This document shows, piece by piece, positions 7,382-16,576 of a stretch of DNA of 46,717 nucleotides. A program made the position numbers and the translations under genes. Position 1 is the stretch's first letter. Every line of letters starts with the position of its first letter. The stretch is taken from contig JAGPFQ010000001.1 of the NCBI GenBank assembly GCA_018056375.1, forward strand, positions 598,137 to 644,853, in the 5' to 3' direction. Source of the stretch: Candidatus Dojkabacteria bacterium. Lineage in GTDB: Bacteria; Patescibacteriota; Dojkabacteria; SC72. The notes below the pieces were generated by a model. It was not told the DNA's origin. It saw only the letters and a list, made by a program, of their open reading frames with translations, and did no database searches.

Positions 7382-9317
7382 TATTAGAAAGAAATACAAA
7401 GCTTTTAGTTTAGTTGAATTAATTGTAGCAATTGCTGTCTTTGGCTTGATTTCTTCTTTTTTAGTAGTTCTTGTAGTTGATTCAACAAGAGCATATGAGA
7501 ATATGTATGCAAGGTCTAAAGCTACAAGCCTTGTAAAAGAGATATATTCTACTTTGAAATTACTAAAAACAGATAACTGGTTTGAAGTAACAAAGCATAC
7601 AGGATTAGGACCTAAGCATTTAATATTCGAAGAAGGAGAGTACAAGATAGCTGATGGAGAAAAGGTAGAAGGATTACTAACCTACTTCTTTACTGTAGAT
7701 TTCGCACAAAGAGATAGTGATGGAAATATTGTAGAAGAAGGAGGAAATACAGATGCACATACAAGAGTTGTCTCTGTAAACATTAAATGGAAGGACAGAG
7801 CTAATAAAGAGCATACTTTGAATCCCAAACTCTATCTTAATGACTGGCATGTTAATACTTTCACATTTACATCTATGGAGGACTTCCAACCAGGAGGACA
7901 TACCGACACTACAGCTTCTGAGAGTTTTACTGGTGGAGAATTAAGATTACAATCAGTCTTCTATCCTAACTGGTGCAGACCTGAGAGATCTATGAGTAGT
8001 TATGATATCCCAGGAGAAGCATATGCAAAATCTATATTCGCTGAAGTTGGATATGCATATTTAGGTACTAGAGGTGGAGATGTTGGGGATCCATTTACAA
8101 AATTGATAATTGAAGGTGTAAACCCTACAACACTAACAGTAGAGGGAACATTCCAAGGGTATCGTATTAATGATATCTTTGTAGAGGGAAACTATGCATA
8201 TCTTGCAACATCAGATGATGAAAAAGAGATTGTTATCTTAGATATCTCCTCAGTCCCTTACCAAGAAGTTGGACATGTAAATGCACCAGACCAATGGAAT
8301 AATGATGCTAGGAGTGTGTTTGTAAAAGGTAATGTTGGATATCTAACACAGAGTACATATGTTAGAAGTTTTGATTTATCCTCTAAAACAGGTTCTAGGC
8401 CTATTCTTAATAGCATATCTATCAGTCTTATCCCCTGGATAGCATCAGTCTCACAGATACATGTTAAAGATAACTATCTTTATGCTTCACTAGACTGGGA
8501 CTGGTATGAATTAGCTATTCTTGATGTCAGTAATCCCAGTAAAATGAAGATACTCTCTAGAACAAGTGTAAACAATCAACAAGTATATGATATGTATGTT
8601 TCAGATGATGGAAACAGGGTGTATTTTGGAACAAACTACTCTTCAAGTGAGCATGAGTTTTTCATAATTGACACAAGTGTAAAGAATATTAAATGTCCTA
8701 TTATTGCATCTAGAAAAGTAGATATGACTGTTAGAGGTATATCTGTTGTTGAAGATGGAAATGTTGTTGTATTAGTAGGGACATCAGGTCAAGAGTATCA
8801 AGTATTTTCTATCACTGACGAAACAAATCCTGTAAAGTGTGGAGGTATGAGCATACCTTCTGGTGTCTACGATATCCAATCTGTCCTAGATCCACAAGGG
8901 AATGCTTTCTCGTACATCTTAACCGGTGATAAACATCAAGAATTTACAATAATCAGGGGAGGTCCCGGAGGTGGAGATGAAGATACAGGTAATGGTTTTG
9001 TACCAACGGGAAGTTATATCTCCGCAATTCAAGATTCTAAGACCTCAAATTCCACATACTACACCTTAAGTATTCAAACAAATATTCCTGAAGGAACACA
9101 GATGGGTATTCAGATAAGGATTGGTGATAGTCCTACTATGCAAGGTGTATCATGGAAAGGTCCAGATGGAACAAACGGAACATACTACTCCACAAGCGGT
9201 ACATACTCCCTACCACCAGGAACTAAAGGAAGATATTTCCAATACAAAGTAGACTTTACAGGTGACACTGTTAACTCACCTATGCTTGAAGAATTAATTA
9301 TTAGCTATGAGAAATAA
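7374..9317 (+). CDS. Large pilin with LVIVD-type beta-propeller and C-terminal beta domain
   Basis: KYKA|FSLVELIVAIA signal; repeats such as DIFVEGNYAYLATSDDEKEIVILDIS and QIHVKDNYLYASLDWDWYELAILDVSNP. Confidence 0.85.
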   Translation: MNSIRKKYKAFSLVELIVAIAVFGLISSFLVVLVVDSTRAYENMYARSKATSLVKEIYSTLKLLKTDNWFEVTKHTGLGPKHLIFEEGEYKIADGEKVEGLLTYFFTVDFAQRDSDGNIVEEGGNTDAHTRVVSVNIKWKDRANKEHTLNPKLYLNDWHVNTFTFTSMEDFQPGGHTDTTASESFTGGELRLQSVFYPNWCRPERSMSSYDIPGEAYAKSIFAEVGYAYLGTRGGDVGDPFTKLIIEGVNPTTLTVEGTFQGYRINDIFVEGNYAYLATSDDEKEIVILDISSVPYQEVGHVNAPDQWNNDARSVFVKGNVGYLTQSTYVRSFDLSSKTGSRPILNSISISLIPWIASVSQIHVKDNYLYASLDWDWYELAILDVSNPSKMKILSRTSVNNQQVYDMYVSDDGNRVYFGTNYSSSEHEFFIIDTSVKNIKCPIIASRKVDMTVRGISVVEDGNVVVLVGTSGQEYQVFSITDETNPVKCGGMSIPSGVYDIQSVLDPQGNAFSYILTGDKHQEFTIIRGGPGGGDEDTGNGFVPTGSYISAIQDSKTSNSTYYTLSIQTNIPEGTQMGIQIRIGDSPTMQGVSWKGPDGTNGTYYSTSGTYSLPPGTKGRYFQYKVDFTGDTVNSPMLEELIISYEK

Positions 9318-9792
9318 AAAGAAGAACAAATTAAAAGGACTTACATTACTGGAGACACTACTCTATGTAGCTCTCTTCTCTATGATTCTCTTTGTAATTA
9401 TAAACTTCATGCTTGGTACACAAGAAGCAACTAGAAGAAATATGCAAAGAAGCTCTGTTCATCAATCAGCACAGTTTGTTAAACAACACTTAGATTATTC
9501 TTTTCAGAAGGTTATACAAGTAAGTGAAGGAGGTAGTATTTTTAATAATGACAATGGAAAGCTAACTTTAATTTTCTCAGACACAAGTAAATCATATACT
9601 ATTTCAAACAATAGAATATATTTTAATGATATTGCTATCACACCAAAAAATATATCTGCAACAAAATTACATTTTGAACCCATATATAGTAAGAAGGGTG
9701 TAGTCATGGCAATTAAAGTGTCGACAAAACTAGTAACTAAAAAAGACCCAAAGATATTTGAAGAGATAACTTACCTTGCTGTTATTAGATAG
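9307..9792 (+). CDS. Minor pilin (PilW/GspJ-like)
   Basis: KLKG|LTLLETLLYVALFSMIL signal. Confidence 0.85.
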   Translation: MRNKKKNKLKGLTLLETLLYVALFSMILFVIINFMLGTQEATRRNMQRSSVHQSAQFVKQHLDYSFQKVIQVSEGGSIFNNDNGKLTLIFSDTSKSYTISNNRIYFNDIAITPKNISATKLHFEPIYSKKGVVMAIKVSTKLVTKKDPKIFEEITYLAVIR

Positions 9793-9795
9793 AAA

Positions 9796-10200
9796 ATGAA
9801 GAAAAGAGATAATAAACAACTCAAGAAAAATGGGTATATAGCCCTAACAACAGTTTTAGTAATCATACCCCTACTCCTTGCAACAGGGATAGACTTAGCA
9901 TACAGAAGTATAACGAATGCCATTGTCAGTAAATTGGAATTCGATCACAATATGTTAGAGGTAAACGCAGAGTCTTGTTTAGAAGAAAGTGTTAGAAAGA
10001 TAAAATTTAATATTTTGTTTGAAGGAACACTGATAGTAGAACAAACAACATGGACTTGTAACTCTGTTATAACAAACAAACCAGGAGTAAGTGGTGTGAA
10101 GATAATAAATATACAGGCAAGTGATGAAAATGAAAATGTAGTACTACTTAATAAAGAATTAAATACAAATACAGACCCATTTGAAATCTCAAATATTTAA
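9796..10200 (+). CDS. Minor pilin lacking Glu5 (PilX/GspK-like)
   Basis: KKNG|YIALTTVLVII; last pilin of the series, no E5. Confidence 0.8.
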   Translation: MKKRDNKQLKKNGYIALTTVLVIIPLLLATGIDLAYRSITNAIVSKLEFDHNMLEVNAESCLEESVRKIKFNILFEGTLIVEQTTWTCNSVITNKPGVSGVKIINIQASDENENVVLLNKELNTNTDPFEISNI

Positions 10201-10768
10201 AAAACAGTTAAAGAAGGTTGATATTATTTTCATAGTTTGTTTTCTCCTTAGTGTTATATCTGTACCTATTTTTCTTTTTTTAAAGTCTAGTAATCTAAAG
10301 GAAATTCTTTTTTCAACTCTGTTATCAACCCTACTATTTGGAGCTCTGTGGTATCTTGCATATTATGATTACAAGAAGATGGAAGTTCAGCCTACTCTTT
10401 CTCTTGCTTTGATAATAGTTTTAGGGATTGTTAATATTTTAGCTTTCTTCTTTTGGAAGGATACAGAGTTTGGATATAATAATTTGTTGGGAGGTATTAC
10501 TCTTGGTGTTATTTTTCAACTGATTGTTCTACTTACAAAAGAGAGAGGTTTAGGACAGGGAGATGTGAGAATTGCAATTATATCTGGATTGTTAGTTGGT
10601 TTTGATGGTTTAATTCCTTGGTTGTATATTACAATATTTTCTTCTTTGCTATATGGAATTATTATTGCTATTAAGAGAAGAAAGTTTAGAGGTTTAAAAA
10701 TACCGTTTGTACCTTTTATGGTGTTTGGGGTTGTTCTCCAAAGAATTGTCCATTTATTCTGTGTTTAA
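10181..10768 (+). CDS. pilD: Prepilin peptidase (A24)
   Basis: Polytopic; first catalytic Asp in AYYDYKK, second in GLGQGDVR; C-terminal IPFVPF; no N-terminal zinc domain. Confidence 0.9.
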   Translation: MKSQIFKKQLKKVDIIFIVCFLLSVISVPIFLFLKSSNLKEILFSTLLSTLLFGALWYLAYYDYKKMEVQPTLSLALIIVLGIVNILAFFFWKDTEFGYNNLLGGITLGVIFQLIVLLTKERGLGQGDVRIAIISGLLVGFDGLIPWLYITIFSSLLYGIIIAIKRRKFRGLKIPFVPFMVFGVVLQRIVHLFCV

Positions 10769-11321
10769 AACGTTTTTTATCTTCACGAGTAAGTTTGTAA
10801 TTCCTCCAGTCCTCTTTAGGTGTGAATCTTTCTATATTTTCCCCTGTCTTCATTGCTCTTTCAAATAAATCCTTATCTTCTGATGATAATTCACGAACAA
10901 AGTGCTCATGAAATAGATACCATTTGAAATAATTTATACCCCAATCAAAATCTTTGTTTTCCTCAGCACCCACTACATCTGTTCCAAATTTCTTTGTTTG
11001 ATATTCACAATAAGTTACTGCATGTAAAACCTCGAACATTGCTTTTTTATAGACCTCTGGTTTGTCTTTATAATAGTTATAATTAAAGAAGATAGCAGTG
11101 CCTAATATTTCGTATCTAGTTATCTGATAATATAGCTCTATCTGACTTAATTCCTTTATTTTCTCCGGATCTTTTATTAATGGTCCAGGATCTATACCTA
11201 GAGGTCCTTTAGGTAAGTCTTCTGAAGGTTCGATATCTTTAGAAACTTTTGTTTTTTTGTCTAAATCTGAGGTGTTTGTTTCTGTAGTAGATCCGTCTAC
11301 ATCAGGAATACTGTCTGTCAT
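10716..11321 (-). CDS. Hypothetical protein; single copy of a domain shared with the C-terminus of 11386..12576
   Basis: 201-aa ORF; own extended -10 (TGtTATACT) upstream; similarity to neighbour seen by eye. Confidence 0.75.
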   Translation of the reverse strand: MTDSIPDVDGSTTETNTSDLDKKTKVSKDIEPSEDLPKGPLGIDPGPLIKDPEKIKELSQIELYYQITRYEILGTAIFFNYNYYKDKPEVYKKAMFEVLHAVTYCEYQTKKFGTDVVGAEENKDFDWGINYFKWYLFHEHFVRELSSEDKDLFERAMKTGENIERFTPKEDWRNYKLTREDKKRFKHRINGQFFGEQPQTP

Positions 11322-11385
11322 AGTTTTACACTAAAAGTTATTGTTATGATATTTTAGTATAACAAGATGAGAGATGGATGTATAA

Positions 11386-12576
11386 TTATCGTAATCTTTT
11401 TACTCTTTCACCGTCACCATCTTCTATTACATACTTTTTCCAAGCATCTTTGTTAGGTAAAAATTCTTTAATATCCTTCTCATGTCCATCCTTTAATGCT
11501 CTCATAAGTAACTCTACCTCCAGAGCATTCCCTAAACTTTTCTCTACTTCTTTATATCTCCAATCAAGGAATTTTCCATGAAAACCAAACCACGGTGCAA
11601 ACACTTCCCCAAAAAATTCTGCATGTGAAAGATTAGAATCTTCATCTAAACGCCTTTTTAACTCATGTTGTATTAAAAATTTTCCAGCTGTAAGATACTT
11701 CTCAGTTAGTACCGCAGCTATTGTATCCACTATTCCTATATGCGTCCCTACTGCATTACCAACAAGCATACACCATAAAGATCTATTTATTACATACATT
11801 AGAGAAAATGATTCAAAATCACTTAACTTCTGAATCTCTACTGGATTTTTTATAAATCCTAATTCCTTGTTACTCTGAGGTTTGTCTAATGTTTCAGGGT
11901 TCTCTAATAGTTCTGGATAGATTTCGTACAGTACTCTATAACTCCTCCATGAGACACTAAGACTTTTTAGTACCTTCTTTCTTTTACTCCGATCTAGTTC
12001 GCCGAACTCAACATAAGCTTTGTACCTCTCACTACGCTTTGTTAAACTATCAAATAACATATGAATTCTATTCTCTGGAAATATACCTACAACATCTTCA
12101 AGAGAATCTTCAGTAGCTTCAAACTTCTGCATTAGTTCTGGGCATAAAACACTCAATACTCTACGAACTTCATCTTTAACTCGAGGGTCATCTGCTGTGT
12201 CATATATATCACTATCATCATCTAATTCTTTTAATTCTTCTAAAACTTCCCTAGCAACTTCAAGTCTTTCTATTGGGAAATTACTGTTAAGTTCTACAAC
12301 AACACCTTGTAAATATCCCCATACAGTAGCATTCTTAAGATTCTCTGCTAGTTCAGGATACCATCCCCTATTCATTATTTCTCGTATTGCTGGGTGTATA
12401 CTGTCTATAGCCTCTTGTTCTAAATTTTCAATAAAGATTTCAGGTTCAGTTATTAAACCTGGATATAATTCTTCTAATGTTACCTGGAAATCTAGAGCCA
12501 AACTCTCAGAATCTCCTGTTTCAGAATACATCGATTGGGTCTCTTCAGGTAAGCTCTCTGGAGAATTTGATGACAT
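11386..12576 (-). CDS. Hypothetical protein; helical N-terminal region plus domain shared with 10716..11321
   Basis: 396-aa ORF, acidic N-terminus, TGcTATACT upstream. Confidence 0.8.
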   Translation of the reverse strand: MSSNSPESLPEETQSMYSETGDSESLALDFQVTLEELYPGLITEPEIFIENLEQEAIDSIHPAIREIMNRGWYPELAENLKNATVWGYLQGVVVELNSNFPIERLEVAREVLEELKELDDDSDIYDTADDPRVKDEVRRVLSVLCPELMQKFEATEDSLEDVVGIFPENRIHMLFDSLTKRSERYKAYVEFGELDRSKRKKVLKSLSVSWRSYRVLYEIYPELLENPETLDKPQSNKELGFIKNPVEIQKLSDFESFSLMYVINRSLWCMLVGNAVGTHIGIVDTIAAVLTEKYLTAGKFLIQHELKRRLDEDSNLSHAEFFGEVFAPWFGFHGKFLDWRYKEVEKSLGNALEVELLMRALKDGHEKDIKEFLPNKDAWKKYVIEDGDGERVKRLR

Positions 12577-12648
12577 AGTTGTACACTAAAAAATTATAGT
12601 GGGGAGTGATTAAGTATAGCAAAAGTAGGAAGAGAAAACTATGTATAT

Positions 12649-13386
12649 TTAATAAAAATCATAAAACTGTTCTATCTCACACCTAGGATATAGTTCTTTC
12701 ATTTCAAAAAGATCATTTAAATCTTCCATGTTCTTCGCCTTAGATAAATTTTCTAAAAAGATTGTATACTTCTCTTCTTTAATCTCCCATTCAGAATTGA
12801 TAAATTGACCCCAAATAACAAGAATTTTTGTTTTAGGATCTCTAGTTCTCATATCTTTAAGATATTCTTTTGGAAACAACCTCTTATACTCCTCCCTGTT
12901 ATACAACCAACTACCACCTTCTACATATTTAGCCTTGGGATATTTCTTTCTAATTTCCTCAAACATCTCTTTTAACTCAGCTAATCTTTTAGGTTTTTCA
13001 CTTAAGGATAATGGACCATTCTTACTCTTACCATCATTAAGAAAATGTATCTTTACAACACCTTCTCCATTCCCATCTTCTACATACTTGTATCCAAAAC
13101 AACCAAACCATTTTTTCTTTTTATCTGGATCTTGATAGTTTTGTATATGTAATTCATATGCTACATCTACCATGTTCTCTCCTTTTTCATATCTATCTAT
13201 TAGTTCTTTCCAATGTTTAGATTCTGGATCAAAATCCCATGAGTAGTTACCTATGAGGAAGAATATTGGTGTATACCTTTTAATAGATTCAATTATATCT
13301 ATACCCTCTATTTCACCTCTTTTAGAGGCGTATTCTATAATCATATGGAAGAGTTTTTTAGGATAGAGTTCTTTTTTAGGTTGCAT
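12649..13386 (-). CDS. Conserved hypothetical protein (GGSWLYN...RLFP motif)
   Basis: 245-aa ORF; TGaTATAAT 5 nt before the ATG. Confidence 0.8.
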   Translation of the reverse strand: MQPKKELYPKKLFHMIIEYASKRGEIEGIDIIESIKRYTPIFFLIGNYSWDFDPESKHWKELIDRYEKGENMVDVAYELHIQNYQDPDKKKKWFGCFGYKYVEDGNGEGVVKIHFLNDGKSKNGPLSLSEKPKRLAELKEMFEEIRKKYPKAKYVEGGSWLYNREEYKRLFPKEYLKDMRTRDPKTKILVIWGQFINSEWEIKEEKYTIFLENLSKAKNMEDLNDLFEMKELYPRCEIEQFYDFY

Positions 13387-13471
13387 AGTAAATTATATCA
13401 TTACATAATTACTAGATATAAATAAAGAGATTTAAGGTATAATTAACAAGAATAACATTATTAACAAACCT

Positions 13472-14083
13472 ATGATTAAAGCTATTGTATTTGACCTTGA
13501 TGGTGTATTTTTTGAAAATGGTACAGAAACTTTTATAGCCTCCTTACAAGAAAAATACCAATTAGAAGAAGATGAAATAAAGGAGGTATATTTTAGAAGT
13601 CAACAAATGGCAGACTACAAACAAGGGAAGATTCTCGGTGATGAGTATTGGAATTGGGCAATAGAAACTTGGAATATACCTACTACTAAAGAAGAAATTG
13701 TAAAGCTTTTAATTGATAGTTATTCTGTAAAAGATCAAACAAAACTATATGTTGAAGATTTAAGAAACAGAGGTTTTAAAACAGCTATATGTACAAACAA
13801 CTTTCCAGAAAGACTAAATGGATTAAAAGAAAGATTTTCTTTAAATAAATATTTTGATGCAATAGTAGCTTCTTTTGAAGTTGGTATAACAAAACCATCA
13901 CCAGAAATATTTGAAGAACTATCTAGACAACTTGATTGTAAACCAGAAGAAATAATAATGAGTGATGATAAGGAAGATAATGTTTTAGCATTAAAACAGT
14001 TAGGATTTAATGTAATTGGATATACAGATTGGGAGACATTTGTATCTGAGGTGGAAGGTATAATAGAAGAAAGTTCAAGATAG
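13472..14083 (+). CDS. HAD-family phosphatase (YihX-like)
   Basis: Motif I VFDLDGV, motif II CTNN, motif III KPSPEIF, motif IV MSDD. Confidence 0.9.
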   Translation: MIKAIVFDLDGVFFENGTETFIASLQEKYQLEEDEIKEVYFRSQQMADYKQGKILGDEYWNWAIETWNIPTTKEEIVKLLIDSYSVKDQTKLYVEDLRNRGFKTAICTNNFPERLNGLKERFSLNKYFDAIVASFEVGITKPSPEIFEELSRQLDCKPEEIIMSDDKEDNVLALKQLGFNVIGYTDWETFVSEVEGIIEESSR

Positions 14084-14090
14084 TTATCAA

Positions 14091-14609
14091 CTAGTAAATA
14101 ACTATCTTCCTATGTCTATGCAACTCTCCATTGACAACTTCATCATAGAAATTTGTTTCCTTGAATTTGGAACACCTACCTGTAATACCATCAGGACAAA
14201 CATAAAGATTCTTCTCTTTTTCTATACAAGAATCCGGAATGAATCCCTTATACTCACAATTTCCTTTACATTCATCTGAGTTTTTACAAGAGTTTCCACT
14301 ATCAGAGTACGGAATACGGCAATCAAAAACATATCCATACATACCTGACAGTTTAGAATCAAGTAGTCCTAAATCTTCCGTGCATTTATCACTGTAATGA
14401 TTCTTCAAAATCTTTATAACAAAACTGTTTGTTTCTAAATGAAGATGATGACAATACCAACCCTCACTATCACTAGAAGAATCACACTCTTTAACAAAAA
14501 AAGCTAAACAGAGAAAAATACAACAGTTAAAAACAAAGATTAGTAATAATGAAAGAATGGCTGTTTTCAACCCTTTTCTACGATTATTCTGTTTATTAAC
14601 CTTATTCAT
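14091..14609 (-). CDS. Membrane-anchored/exported Cys-rich protein
   Basis: Basic N-terminus, TM, then many Cys (CKNSDECKGNC, CPDGITGRCS). Promoter TTGACA(14642-14647)-17-TAGGAT(14619-14624). Confidence 0.8.
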   Translation of the reverse strand: MNKVNKQNNRRKGLKTAILSLLLIFVFNCCIFLCLAFFVKECDSSSDSEGWYCHHLHLETNSFVIKILKNHYSDKCTEDLGLLDSKLSGMYGYVFDCRIPYSDSGNSCKNSDECKGNCEYKGFIPDSCIEKEKNLYVCPDGITGRCSKFKETNFYDEVVNGELHRHRKIVIY

Positions 14610-14672
14610 TATTAATAAATCCTAACAAGGTTATTTTTATCTGTCAAGATTAATGGAGAAATATTCCTTACC

Positions 14673-15094
14673 TGGTGGAGACGATGGGAATTGAACCCAT
14701 GTCCAAAAGTATCATCTAGTACCATATACAAACATATCTAATCTTGTTTAGTAAGATATACCTAAAAGACTAGACAAAAAGTATATCTCCTCAGTTATAT
14801 ATCTCAATCAACTACCCTACTGACCTGATAGAAGATCGTACCCTAATAACGACTGTCTTAGATTCCTCATTAGGGAAAAGAATAAAAGACACTAACCAAA
14901 ATCAATTAGTTAGACTGATGCAAAATTGTATGCATAGGCTGGAGCTGCAAATGCTGCTCTTAGTCCTGCGCTTACTTTATCTGCAAAAGCGACGATTTTG
15001 TTTTTTACACTTATCTTGTGTGTTAAGAATAACGAACTCAACAAACGGTTTGTGATAACTAGAATCAAGCTTCTGTCGATAGCCTGACGTCCCC
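14673..15094 (-). ncRNA. ssrA: tmRNA (transfer-messenger RNA)
   Basis: 5' GGGGACG...TCGAC; 3' T-arm GGGTTCAATTCCC and CGTCTCCACCA; acceptor stem with G3:U70; internal tag ORF 15008..14910 after AUAAGU. Confidence 0.95.
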
Positions 15095-15116
15095 ATATTG
15101 GTAAAGAACTACTTAA

Positions 15117-15632
15117 TTATACCATTTTTGAGGGGTTTTTTCTACTTAATGCTGTAAGAATTCTGTTTAAGAGCATAGCATACTCTTCTTCACTAACCTT
15201 ACAATCAGAGTTTGCAGAATAATTCTTAGATTTCCTGACTTCTTCGTAAGTTTTAAGCTCACCAATCTCTATTCCTAGATCTCTCCTAAAATGTTTAGAA
15301 TCTATTCTATCTTTCAAAATCATATTTGCACTTTCAAGTGCTTCATCTAAATTACCTCCCATTTTTTCTATATATTTAAGAGTATCTATATGAGAAAAAA
15401 TTATAAAAGTAGTAACTATTTCTGCATGATCTAAATCTTCTGTTTCAATGCCAAAGGTATTAAGATATTCTGTCTTTTGATCATCATACTTTGAACTAAA
15501 ACTTGTAACTCCTTCTCCCTTATAGTTCAAATTTTCGACTGACAACTCTACTCTCCTAATATCCTCTTCCGTTATCTCAGTTTTGAAGATTGCTTCTTCT
15601 TCATATGAACCATCTTCCTTAAATATTTCCAT
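15117..15632 (-). CDS. Hypothetical protein
   Basis: 171-aa acidic ORF with TGgTATAAT upstream; no recognised motif. Confidence 0.7.
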   Translation of the reverse strand: MEIFKEDGSYEEEAIFKTEITEEDIRRVELSVENLNYKGEGVTSFSSKYDDQKTEYLNTFGIETEDLDHAEIVTTFIIFSHIDTLKYIEKMGGNLDEALESANMILKDRIDSKHFRRDLGIEIGELKTYEEVRKSKNYSANSDCKVSEEEYAMLLNRILTALSRKNPSKMV

Positions 15633-15701
15633 TATTATAAATATAATAAATTAGTACTCTATTATACCATTTCTAGGAGGTTTTTACTACTGTAAATGAT
15701 G

Positions 15702-16484
15702 CTACTTAACAAGTTTCGTATTAGTATTTGCTATCATATTAAAATAGTTTATCACTATATCAGGATCTGTAATATTCTCTACTACCCATATCTTCCTTCC
15801 TTCTTCATTTGACTTTACTTTAGGAATATTTTTATACCTACTCTCCATCAATTTGTCAACAACAACATACTCAGAACCTACAAAATATGGAAGTTTAAAA
15901 GACCAAGAAAGGATATTCTTTCTTAATTCTACTACTCTACCATCAGCCTTTGTTTGCTCACTTATATCTGTACCAAGCACCTCAGAACGAATACCCCAAG
16001 TACCTATACCTACATATCCTAGATATGTTAGTAAACATTCATAAAGAGCAAGAGCATGCTCAGGAGATTTGATACTACGTGGTATATCTACCAACCAATC
16101 ACTTTCAAGCTCACTATTCTTTTCTCCTTCACGAGCAAATATACGCAGTTGTAATCTCGTATCAGGATTTGGTATCACATTTAAACATGTTAAAGAATTA
16201 GTACCATCAGGATACTGTCTCCATTCATCTTGCCCTTGATACCCATTAGGAAAATATTTATCTTTAACCAGTTCGATAGCAAAACGACATTCTTCAAGGC
16301 TTTCTATAGGTACTCCTAACCCTTTAGATAATTTATTAGTCAGAGCAGATTCATGTCTTTGACCCCAAGTTATCCAATAGATGTTGTCTCCTTTAGATGT
16401 TCTCTGAGCAATATTAGGAATATCGACATCCAACATGATTCCTGGATCTTTCATATCTATAATATCATGTTTCTCTATGTCCAT
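15702..16484 (-). CDS. Hypothetical protein
   Basis: 260-aa ORF; TGtTATAAT 9 nt before ATG; no recognised motif. Confidence 0.75.
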   Translation of the reverse strand: MDIEKHDIIDMKDPGIMLDVDIPNIAQRTSKGDNIYWITWGQRHESALTNKLSKGLGVPIESLEECRFAIELVKDKYFPNGYQGQDEWRQYPDGTNSLTCLNVIPNPDTRLQLRIFAREGEKNSELESDWLVDIPRSIKSPEHALALYECLLTYLGYVGIGTWGIRSEVLGTDISEQTKADGRVVELRKNILSWSFKLPYFVGSEYVVVDKLMESRYKNIPKVKSNEEGRKIWVVENITDPDIVINYFNMIANTNTKLVK

Positions 16485-16576
16485 CAGTAGTATATTATAA
16501 CATTTAATATAGGCTTACAGCAAGAAAGAAATTTTAATAAAATCTCAACCAAAACTTATGATAGAATGGAAAAGCT

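Noticed and set aside
10340-10740. G/T-rich composition of the pilD 3' half as evidence of recent acquisition or inversion
   Set aside because: Seen only by eye; membrane-protein codon usage can explain it and other + strand genes show similar bias. It would need a computed GC3/skew profile.
10716-14672. Genomic island integrated at the ssrA 3' end
   Set aside because: ssrA is a common att site and accessory genes lie downstream, but I found no duplicated 3' end (TGGTGGAG…) and no integrase in the window.
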